Shown here: positions 11,001 through 20,561 of the stretch, in pieces
How the letters are laid out: every line of letters starts with the position of its first letter
Position numbering within the stretch: the first letter of the stretch is position 1
Translations under genes and position numbers: made by a program
Origin: an uncultured Candidatus Izemoplasmatales bacterium
GTDB lineage: Bacteria; Bacillota_I; Bacilli_A; Izemoplasmatales; Izemoplasmataceae
Direction: 5' to 3'
DNA: 64,000 bases
NCBI GenBank assembly: GCA_964501415.1
Contig: CAZCSL010000003.1
Location: 61,278-125,277, forward strand
Notes under the pieces: model-generated
What the model saw: only the letters and a program-made list of their open reading frames with translations
Told to the model about the DNA's origin: nothing
The model's database searches: none

Positions 11001-11493
11001 GGGCAGGTTCATAACCATAAGTGATCAACCTTTGTTTGAACAATTCCGTATCGATATCTTCTCCGACATGATACGTTTTTTTAGCTTCTTTAAAACGATC
11101 TAGGGGCCAAAGCTTTTTTAAATAGCCACTTGGGTTGGTAATGACGATAGGATTTTCTTTTTCCAATAAAGCGTCGATGGTACTGAGTCGTTGATACTTT
11201 AAATCTTCACTCATGGCAAGCATATCTGTGGTTAAAAACTCATCTTGTGGAAACAAGTATGTGTTTGAGTTGAACATTTTCAAGGCCTCATAATATTTTT
11301 GCGCATGAAACAAGTTATGACAAACGATTAAGAGGGGTTTGTTCTCTTTTTGATGTAGCAACGTTATTAGCAATGTTGTTAAGGGTTTAATCGTTTCGCT
11401 CACTTCAAAATAACGCTCATGTTTGAGCGCTTGAAATAGTTGTTCCATAATTGGTTTATCCTTTAGAACCTTTAAAAAAGAGCCGTTATTCAT
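8035..11493 (-). CDS. mfd: Transcription-repair coupling factor
   Basis: 1152 aa; CGDVGYGKTEVA helicase motif I, DEEQRFG, TRG/CarD-like central region. Confidence 0.95.
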   Translation of the reverse strand: MNNGSFLKVLKDKPIMEQLFQALKHERYFEVSETIKPLTTLLITLLHQKENKPLLIVCHNLFHAQKYYEALKMFNSNTYLFPQDEFLTTDMLAMSEDLKYQRLSTIDALLEKENPIVITNPSGYLKKLWPLDRFKEAKKTYHVGEDIDTELFKQRLITYGYEPAPTVEKIGDFAIRGSIIDIFLINDAQPIRIDLFDTEIDSVRYFDIKTQRSRKKIKSFHLFPRTEFFYDQKTADTIANNAHETLQKENISNTSSKRVLAELDQLKQYQNQDQLARYMSFSSQSLETLSDYLNDPLVVFIESEKIHSSNQQLWQDLSDWMSENDDYPNMGFDFLADMDKLYFYKKILFNTFKSKEKMPFSLPLRAKEAMTYESNMHMLIKDLKKYQDYVTVLITLESDDQIQRLMNLLEEHLKVKLLGPQDKPFDKAINIQKSSNPLTLEWFDAEFVLLNTEKIFGATDKKPKRKQPKIFKESEAIKSLDTLKKGDYIVHYDYGIGRFLGIETKTINDYTNDYVVIAYKGDDKLYIPVENIHLIQKYSAHEGIKPRLNKIGSPDWAKTKRRVRKKAKDIASSLIKLYAAREKSQGFAFSQDNDLYLDFEADFPYEETKDQRQAIEAVKKDMENSMPMDRLVCGDVGYGKTEVAMRAAFKAVLDNKQVVYLAPTTILTRQHYYTFKERMEKHGIRIALLNRFVKRQRQKAFIEAIEAGKIDIIIGTHRLLSKDVKYHDLGLLIIDEEQRFGVEHKEKIKQMKLQIDVLSLSATPIPRTLQMAMSGVKQMSLIETPPKNRFPIQTYVLRQNDHVIADAIERELGRHGQVFYLYNRVEDIHKIKEKLDRLVPDAKVAYGHGKMSRMQLENVMRDFLDHKFDVLVSTTIIETGLDIPNANTLIIHDSDRLGLAQLYQIRGRVGRSDRIAYSYLMYDKSKQLTDEAAKRLQAIKEFTELGSGFKIASRDLAIRGAGDLLGTEQSGTIDAVGIDLFMEILKEEIDKGTQTITQKVKETTLKQTIKMPTSKTIPKTYIDDEDIRIDMHKRIAQIESIGMLKKLRNELKDRFGPVPKEIETYMLEKCYENLAFRVGVEKVRTTKTNTSFVLSKEASKHIHGEMLFEKTNQLSEHIYLRYKEDRLQITIEQHKVKKPILYFIVPLLETLT

Positions 11494-11515
11494 GGAATGC
11501 CTCCATACGTCAAAA

Positions 11516-11536
11516 CAGCATTTTTCGCAAATGCTG
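11516..11536 (-). terminator. Terminator-like hairpin in the mfd leader
   Basis: Minus strand CAGCATTT-gcgaa-AAATGCTG followed by TTTT, located between a candidate promoter and the mfd RBS. Confidence 0.35.
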
Positions 11537-11545
11537 GGTGTTTAT

Positions 11546-11575
11546 ATTGTAGCAACTATTGATTAAAATTGCCAA
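11546..11575 (-). promoter_or_regulatory. Candidate mfd promoter TTGGCA-18 nt-TACAAT
   Basis: Motif match only. Confidence 0.35.
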
Positions 11576-11581
11576 CAAAAA

Positions 11582-11598
11582 AACCCCAAAATGGGGTT
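11582..11598 (-). terminator. pth terminator
   Basis: Minus strand AACCCC-atttt-GGGGTT followed by TTTTTTTG; overlaps the pth stop codon. Confidence 0.6.
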
Positions 11599-12145
11599 AA
11601 TTGTATTGATTCATAATATTAACAAAAGGTTGATCTTCTAAAAAATCAGAAATAATCTCTTTTACCTTGTTGATGCTTTCAATGACTGCATCGCCTTCTG
11701 ATTTTTGAAACTTCTTCAAAACATAGTCTTTGGGATCCATCGCTTCAGGTTTACCGATACCGAATTTAATGCGTTTGATGTTCGAGGTGCCTAAAGCTGT
11801 AAATATTGACATTAGACCTTTGTGGCCCCCGTGTCCTCCTTGGTACCGTAGCCGAATTTTGCCTGTGGGTAAATCTAAATCATCATGAATGATTAAAATA
11901 TCTTGTGCATCGATTTTATAATAATCCACTAAGGCTTTGACGCTATCTCCCGAACGGTTCATATAGGTGCTTGGCTTAAGTAAAAACCCATGTGAGAGTT
12001 GAGCAATATCACCTATAAACTTTTTGTCTTTTTTAAACTCAATAGCTTGTTTGGATGCATAGGCTTCCAAACATAAAAAACCGATATTGTGTCTGGTCCG
12101 ACTATATTTACGGCCAGGATTTCCTAACCCTACGATTAATTTCAT
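11597..12145 (-). CDS. pth: Peptidyl-tRNA hydrolase
   Basis: LIVGLGNPGRKYSRTRHNIGF signature; 4-nt overlap with jag. Confidence 0.95.
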   Translation of the reverse strand: MKLIVGLGNPGRKYSRTRHNIGFLCLEAYASKQAIEFKKDKKFIGDIAQLSHGFLLKPSTYMNRSGDSVKALVDYYKIDAQDILIIHDDLDLPTGKIRLRYQGGHGGHKGLMSIFTALGTSNIKRIKFGIGKPEAMDPKDYVLKKFQKSEGDAVIESINKVKEIISDFLEDQPFVNIMNQYN

Positions 12146-12759
12146 GATTTTTTTGGTTTTATTACCAAGTAACGCTCGTTCTTTTCTCCTTCACTCTTAG
12201 TAGAAACATCGCGCCATTCTGATAGCTTAGTATGAATAATGCGACGCTCATAAGCGTTCATAGGATCTAATTTGACGGCAACTTTACTACGAGCAACTTC
12301 CTTAGCGGTTTTGGTTGCCAAGATTTCCAGTTGTTTTTTACGGTTGGCTTTATACCCTCCCACATCAACAAGAACGATCACTCTTTCGTCCGTGAAAATA
12401 TTAAGTAAATTGCGAATATAAAATTGAATGCTTTCTAGCGTTCTACCATTTTTACCGATGATAACTGGATTATGTGATGTATTTACTACATAGCTAAACT
12501 CATAAGGTTTACTTTCTTTTGAGTTAATATCCACTTTATCAATGCCCATGTTACGGAGCAAATTTTCAATTAATTCATGGCCCATTTGCAAAAGATTAAC
12601 GTCTATGCTTGCGGTTACTTCAAAGTGTTTTTTCAATCCAAACAAACTACGCTTTTCAGACATATCAAGCTTGATATATTGTCGGTTGACGCGCAAGGTT
12701 TCTTCTGCTTTAATCATGGCTTCTTCATGACTTTTTGCTTCAAAATTTGTCGTTTTCAT
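12142..12759 (-). CDS. khpB: Jag/KhpB RNA-binding protein (Jag_N-KH-R3H)
   Basis: KH-like IIGKNGRTLESIQ, R3H-like NAYERRIIHTKL; conserved position after yidC. Start moved to ATG 12759 (RBS AAAGGTGA). Confidence 0.85.
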   Translation of the reverse strand: MKTTNFEAKSHEEAMIKAEETLRVNRQYIKLDMSEKRSLFGLKKHFEVTASIDVNLLQMGHELIENLLRNMGIDKVDINSKESKPYEFSYVVNTSHNPVIIGKNGRTLESIQFYIRNLLNIFTDERVIVLVDVGGYKANRKKQLEILATKTAKEVARSKVAVKLDPMNAYERRIIHTKLSEWRDVSTKSEGEKNERYLVIKPKKS

Positions 12760-12771
12760 TTTTATCACCTT

Positions 12772-13662
12772 TTAGTTTATGGCGTTATGTTCTTGCAAAC
12801 GCTTATACATTTGTTTGCGAGACACTTTTGTTTGTATAATTTGGAAAAGATTACCGATCATCCAATAAATTGCAATCCCTAAGCTGGTAAAAGCTACAGA
12901 GGTTAGCATCACTACCATGAAATACATCATAAATTTCATGGTTTTTTCTTGTTGTAATTGCTGTGGTGATTTTTTGTACGTTTTAACTTTTAAATAATCC
13001 GGTCTATTCATCGTATATTTTTGTGAAATATACATGGTCAATCCTACGATTAGCGCTAAAATAATGTTAATCCAATGAATCGATGGATCAAAAGTGACAG
13101 AATCACTCAGCGGAGAGGGCGCTGAAAAATCCATGAAAAGAAATTGGAAGTTTATATCGTCATATCTATCGAACTCTCCGAAGCCTCTTGGAAAACGCCT
13201 GACAACTTGATACATGGCAATGAAGATAGGCATTTGTAAAAAAGGGAACAAACATCCGAATGGATTTATCTTATACTTTCTGAATATTTGCATTTGTTCT
13301 TGTTGGAACATTTTTTGTGACGTTTCATCTTTTTTGTCTGCATATTTTTCTTTGATTTTATCTAATTCTGGTTGCGCTAGTTGCATGTTCGTACTCATTG
13401 CGGTAGATTTAGAATAAATTGGCCACCCTGCCGTTCTTATGATTAGCGTGAGAATAATAAGGCCAACAATATAATGGCCACCGGCCAACTCTGATAAAAA
13501 GATTAAGACCCTATCCAACCATTGAACAATACTTTGAAACCAATCAAAGCCTCCCTCAACACCGATAGGTTGATCGTAGTGCTGTGTGTTACATCCTGAG
13601 ACAACTAAGACCAGGAACAATGTGATGACTAACAAAAATAGCTTACGGTAATGTTGTTTCAT
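12772..13662 (-). CDS. yidC: Membrane protein insertase YidC/Oxa1, lipoprotein type
   Basis: Lipobox LVVSGC, conserved PLQMPIFIAMY-type region; rnpA-yidC-jag synteny. Confidence 0.9.
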   Translation of the reverse strand: MKQHYRKLFLLVITLFLVLVVSGCNTQHYDQPIGVEGGFDWFQSIVQWLDRVLIFLSELAGGHYIVGLIILTLIIRTAGWPIYSKSTAMSTNMQLAQPELDKIKEKYADKKDETSQKMFQQEQMQIFRKYKINPFGCLFPFLQMPIFIAMYQVVRRFPRGFGEFDRYDDINFQFLFMDFSAPSPLSDSVTFDPSIHWINIILALIVGLTMYISQKYTMNRPDYLKVKTYKKSPQQLQQEKTMKFMMYFMVVMLTSVAFTSLGIAIYWMIGNLFQIIQTKVSRKQMYKRLQEHNAIN

Positions 13663-13664
13663 CG

Positions 13665-14006
13665 TTACACCTCTTCATATAAGTTTAAGTTATTAAACAA
13701 CTTTTCTAAGCGTGTTTTTAAGGTATGATAGTCCAAAACACGGGCATGAGGTCGAACGATGACTACAATGTCCATCGATCGTTTAATCCCACTATTTTGA
13801 AATATCATCCTGATTTGACGCTTTATTTTGTTGCGCTTAACCGCCGTTCCGAAAGCTTTAGAAACACTAATTGCATAACGGAAATGCGCTTTTTGATTAT
13901 CGGAAACATACACACTTAAATACCTGTCTTTAGAGCTTTTATGCAGATTTAATATCGCCTTGATGGTTTCATTTTTTTTAATACGATAAGGTTTTTTCAT
14001 CCGCAT
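13665..14006 (-). CDS. rnpA: Ribonuclease P protein component
   Basis: AVKRNKIKRQIR motif; follows rpmH. Start is ATG 14006 or 14000. Confidence 0.9.
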   Translation of the reverse strand: MRMKKPYRIKKNETIKAILNLHKSSKDRYLSVYVSDNQKAHFRYAISVSKAFGTAVKRNKIKRQIRMIFQNSGIKRSMDIVVIVRPHARVLDYHTLKTRLEKLFNNLNLYEEV

Positions 14007-14029
14007 CTTTCCTCTCTTTTAGTAATAAA

Positions 14030-14060
14030 AAACACCTAAAAAAGTATCTTTCAGGTGTTT
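14030..14060 (-). terminator. Hairpin between rpmH and rnpA
   Basis: Minus strand AAACACCT-(16-nt loop)-AGGTGTTT followed by TTTTTAT. Confidence 0.55.
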
Positions 14061-14098
14061 AACAGGTATTTAAGATATGTTTTTGGTTGATTCCTTTG

Positions 14099-14233
14099 TT
14101 AAGCCGATAAGCGCTTGCGGCCTTTTGTGCGACGTCTTGAGAGAATTCTACGACCGGCTGCGGACGACATTCTTTCTCTAAAGCCGTGCTTTTTCTTTTT
14201 TTTACGTGTGCTAGGTTGAAACGTTCTTTTCAC
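14099..14233 (-). CDS. rpmH: 50S ribosomal protein L34
   Basis: Below the ORF-track size cut-off. Own translation: (GTG)[53 protein letters not shown]. Confidence 0.95.
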   Translation of the reverse strand: MKRTFQPSTRKKKKKHGFRERMSSAAGRRILSRRRTKGRKRLSA

Positions 14234-14272
14234 CTCGAACACCTCCTAGTTATATTGAAACCATGCCTTTAA

Positions 14273-14301
14273 ATTATATATAATCGATAGACTTGTGTCA
14301 A
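14273..14301 (-). promoter_or_regulatory. rpmH promoter, perfect consensus TTGACA-17 nt-TATAAT
   Basis: Minus strand ttgaca caagtctatcgattata tataat, about 40 nt upstream of the rpmH start. Confidence 0.7.
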
Positions 14302-14342
14302 CCGTTATTTTTTTTACCGCAAAATCAAAAAAATATTTAGAG

Positions 14343-14521
14343 TTTTCCACATTTGATTATCCCATAGTTGGGCTGTTTTCACAATGATGAATGTGGATAA
14401 GTTTAAATGTTAATTTCTTGTGTTTGTGGATAAGTTTATAACTCTCATAACAGCTTTATCAAAGTTTTTAAAGCTTTTCTACCTTATGTTAAATCGTTGT
14501 GGAAACAAAAAGTTTTCCACA
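14343..14521. other. oriC, upstream DnaA-box cluster
   Basis: TGTGGATAA (perfect complement of TTATCCACA) at 14392-14400 and 14425-14433; TTTTCCACA at 14343-14351 and 14513-14521; TGTGGAAAC at 14498-14506; lies between rpmH and dnaA. Confidence 0.8.
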
Positions 14522-14597
14522 TTTTGTGTAGAGAAAATTTTGTTTTTTTAATTCTTTTCATGTGCTAAACTACTAATGAATTGCTGAGGTGATTTAC

Positions 14598-15980
14598 ATG
14601 CAGGAAACACGGCCCTATTTTGACATCTGGGAAGAAGTAAAAAGCAAACTAGAAATGCAACTGGAAACGAATACGTACCAAGAAATCTTTGAGTCGGTAG
14701 ATTCAATTTTTAAAGTGCGTAATAATTATATATATTTAGTCGTAGAAAACGAGTTTATCAAGAAACGTATAGAAATGTTGTATCTTCAAAAAATGAACCG
14801 GATTTTATCTTCATATGTCGATGATAAACACGAATATAAACTCATTACCAAACAACAAGTCCAAGAAGAGTTAGACCGAGAAAAAGATTATGATTTAAGA
14901 AAACCCGAAAACCAAAGTAGTCTCGACGATCTATACGTTAACACAAACCTAAATCCTTCTTATACGTTTAATAACTTCGTGGTTGGTAATTCGAATCGCT
15001 TAGCCTACACGTCTGCAATTAAAGTAGCCGACCAACCCGGTATCGTCGCTAATCCGCTATATATTTTTGGTGACGTTGGACTAGGTAAAACGCATTTGAT
15101 GCAATGCGTCGGTAATTATATTTTGGAAGGCGATATCCATACAAAAGTTTTGTACGTAAAAGCTGATCAGTTTGTAGAAGATTATGTTAAACATGCTTCA
15201 AGGAAAAAATTTAATGAGTTTCATAACCAATACAGTGACATCGATGTCTTGTTGGTGGATGATATTCAATTTTTAGCAAAAAAAGACAAGTCACAAGAGG
15301 AATTTTTTAAACTTTTTGAACGGTTGCATAATCAACAAAAACAAATTGTGATTACTTCTGATCGCAAAGCGACCGATTTAAAAGATATCATGTCTCGTTT
15401 AACCTCGCGGTTTTCTTGGGGTGTAACGGTGGATATCAATCGCCCAGATTTAGACCACAGAATAAAAATATTAGAGAAAAAACTGATGGCTGAAACTTCG
15501 GATAAAAGCTTGATGCCTAATAAAGTTATTGAATATATCGCTAGTGTATTTGACAACAATGTTCGTGAGCTTGAAGGTGCCTTAAAACGGGTTTTGTTTT
15601 ACTGTACAGCATTCGATTTTGATTTTAACATTAAAAACGCAGAGACGGCTTTAGAAAACCTTGTCAAAGTGAAAGAAAACCAAAAAGATTTAATTCAAGA
15701 TAAAATTTCTAACGTACTAAGTGTCGTTGCTGATTATTATAATATTTCCACTAGTGATTTAATTAGCAAAAAACGAAAACGCATCTATCTTTATCCTAGA
15801 CAAATAGCTATGTATCTTGTGAAAACATTATATGAAATCCCTTATAAACGTATTGGTTCTTACTTTTCAGGCAGAGACCACTCAACCGTTATGCATTCTG
15901 TAGAAAAAATTAACAACGATTTGCAAATTGACAGAAACATAAAAATCGATGTAGAAAAACTCAAACAAAAATGTGGATAA
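14598..15980 (+). CDS. dnaA: Chromosomal replication initiator DnaA
   Basis: YIFGDVGLGKTHLMQ Walker A, LLVDDIQFL, C-terminal DnaA-box binding region RDHSTVMHS. Start moved to ATG 14598 (RBS GAGGTG). Confidence 0.95.
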   Translation: MQETRPYFDIWEEVKSKLEMQLETNTYQEIFESVDSIFKVRNNYIYLVVENEFIKKRIEMLYLQKMNRILSSYVDDKHEYKLITKQQVQEELDREKDYDLRKPENQSSLDDLYVNTNLNPSYTFNNFVVGNSNRLAYTSAIKVADQPGIVANPLYIFGDVGLGKTHLMQCVGNYILEGDIHTKVLYVKADQFVEDYVKHASRKKFNEFHNQYSDIDVLLVDDIQFLAKKDKSQEEFFKLFERLHNQQKQIVITSDRKATDLKDIMSRLTSRFSWGVTVDINRPDLDHRIKILEKKLMAETSDKSLMPNKVIEYIASVFDNNVRELEGALKRVLFYCTAFDFDFNIKNAETALENLVKVKENQKDLIQDKISNVLSVVADYYNISTSDLISKKRKRIYLYPRQIAMYLVKTLYEIPYKRIGSYFSGRDHSTVMHSVEKINNDLQIDRNIKIDVEKLKQKCG

Positions 15981-16111
15981 AAGAACGCAAATAAACCACA
16001 AAAACCGCTTGTTTTATGGTATAATAACGATAGTTAGATTAGTTATTCACAAATCCACACAACACTAACTAATAATAATTAAAAAGATAATTAAATAAGA
16101 GGTGAAGTCCT
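15972..16111. other. oriC, downstream part (DnaA boxes, TAA trinucleotide run, AT-rich segment)
   Basis: Perfect TGTGGATAA at 15972-15980 overlapping the dnaA stop; TTATTCACA 16043-16051; AAATCCACA 16051-16059; TAATAATAA 16070-16078; then an AT-rich stretch up to the dnaN RBS. Confidence 0.65.
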
Positions 16112-17236
16112 ATGCGTTTTGAGATAAATAAAGATGCCTTACTTTATCATTTGTTAATTGCCCAAAAAGCTTTATCTACCAAAACCCCAAATCCCGCATT
16201 ACAAGGGATAAAACTGGATGTAGAAGAAGATCAAGTAATCATTACTACCAGCAACTCTGATATCGCGATTAAAATAGAGTTGAAAGATGGTAGTTTAGAA
16301 GTTGATGAAAAAGGGTCGGTTTTAATTCCAGGTAAATACTTATTAGAGATTGTTAGAAAACTTGATGGCCAAACCGTAAAGTTTGCGCATGCTGAGGATA
16401 ACTTATTAAATATTGAAGCCGATCATTCAGATATAACATTAAACTTACTAGAATTAGAAGATTACCCGAACTTAACCTTTAAACTTAAAAAGGATTTTGT
16501 CAAAATTAATGTTAGAACGCTTAAAACCATGATTCGTCAAACAGCGTTTGCCACCTCAACGATTGAAAACAGACCAATTTTAACTGGGGTTTATTTTTCA
16601 ATCAAAGAAAATAAATTATCCGGTGTTGCTACAGACTCATACCGGTTAAGTCAAAAAACCATTGCTTTAGATAGTGACTACGAGGCAATGAATGTAATCA
16701 TACCAGGTCGTAGTTTAGAAGAACTAATGAAAATTTTAGAAAACAACCAAGACGATGTTGAAGTTCATTTCGATCAAAACCGTGTGTTATTTAAATATAA
16801 TAATGTGTTATTCCATTCTCGATTATTGGAAGGGAATTACCCAGAAACTTCCAAATTGATTCCTCAAGAATACCCTGTGCAAATCAAGTTTAATAAAGAA
16901 CAATTGATTACCGCAATAGAACGCGCAAGTTTGTTATCAAGCCGTGATGGTCAAAATTCGATTGTAAAAATGAATGTCCGCGCTGATGATGCGATTGAGA
17001 TTTCTTCTAATTCACCCGAAATTGGACGTGTGCTTGAAGAAGTCTATCCGGTGGATGAGATTAAAGGCTCCCCATTAAAAATTGCTTTCAGCTCAAAATA
17101 TATCCTAGAAGCGTTAAAGGTATTCAACTCGAGTGAAGTTGTGATTAAGTTTACAGGAGAAATCCGGCCATTTGTACTCACAGGTGAGTACGATGAGGAC
17201 ATGTTACAGTTAATCTTACCTGTCAAGACAGACTAA
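16112..17236 (+). CDS. dnaN: DNA polymerase III beta sliding clamp
   Basis: 374 aa, family-typical three-domain length, position after dnaA, RBS AGAGGTGA. Confidence 0.95.
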   Translation: MRFEINKDALLYHLLIAQKALSTKTPNPALQGIKLDVEEDQVIITTSNSDIAIKIELKDGSLEVDEKGSVLIPGKYLLEIVRKLDGQTVKFAHAEDNLLNIEADHSDITLNLLELEDYPNLTFKLKKDFVKINVRTLKTMIRQTAFATSTIENRPILTGVYFSIKENKLSGVATDSYRLSQKTIALDSDYEAMNVIIPGRSLEELMKILENNQDDVEVHFDQNRVLFKYNNVLFHSRLLEGNYPETSKLIPQEYPVQIKFNKEQLITAIERASLLSSRDGQNSIVKMNVRADDAIEISSNSPEIGRVLEEVYPVDEIKGSPLKIAFSSKYILEALKVFNSSEVVIKFTGEIRPFVLTGEYDEDMLQLILPVKTD

Positions 17237-17240
17237 TTCC

Positions 17241-17270
17241 AAAAAAACTGCGTGAAAACGCAGTTTTTTT
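17241..17270 (+). terminator. dnaN intrinsic terminator
   Basis: AAAAAAACTGCG-tgaaaa-CGCAGTTTTTTT. Confidence 0.8.
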
Positions 17271-17281
17271 ATGGTCTAAGC

Positions 17282-17310
17282 TTGTTTTAATATTACTTAT
17301 AACATATAAT
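17282..17310 (+). promoter_or_regulatory. Candidate yaaA-recF promoter TTGTTT-17 nt-TATAAT
   Basis: Motif match downstream of the dnaN terminator. Confidence 0.55.
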
Positions 17311-17352
17311 ATTACTATATATTTATTATATATAAGAAAGCGATGGTCTAAT

Positions 17353-17554
17353 ATGAATATAACAAAAATCCAAACAACATATATCACTTTAGGTCAATTT
17401 TTGAAGTTTGTAGGTATAGCCTCAGGTGGTGGGGATGTCAAAGCGTTATTAGCTAATGAAATCATTAATGTAAATGGGGAGTTGGAAACTCGAAGAGGGC
17501 GAAAACTCTATCCTGACGATGTTGTAATCATTGAAGATATTGGGAGTTATAAAA

Positions 17555-17574
<20 letters not shown>
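17353..17574 (+). CDS. yaaA: S4-domain RNA-binding protein YaaA
   Basis: 73 aa, ITLGQFLK...VNGE.ETRRGRKL S4-like pattern; canonical dnaN-yaaA-recF position. Confidence 0.8.
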
Positions 17575-20549
<2,975 letters not shown>

Positions 20550-20561
20550 GAGCGATTTAAG

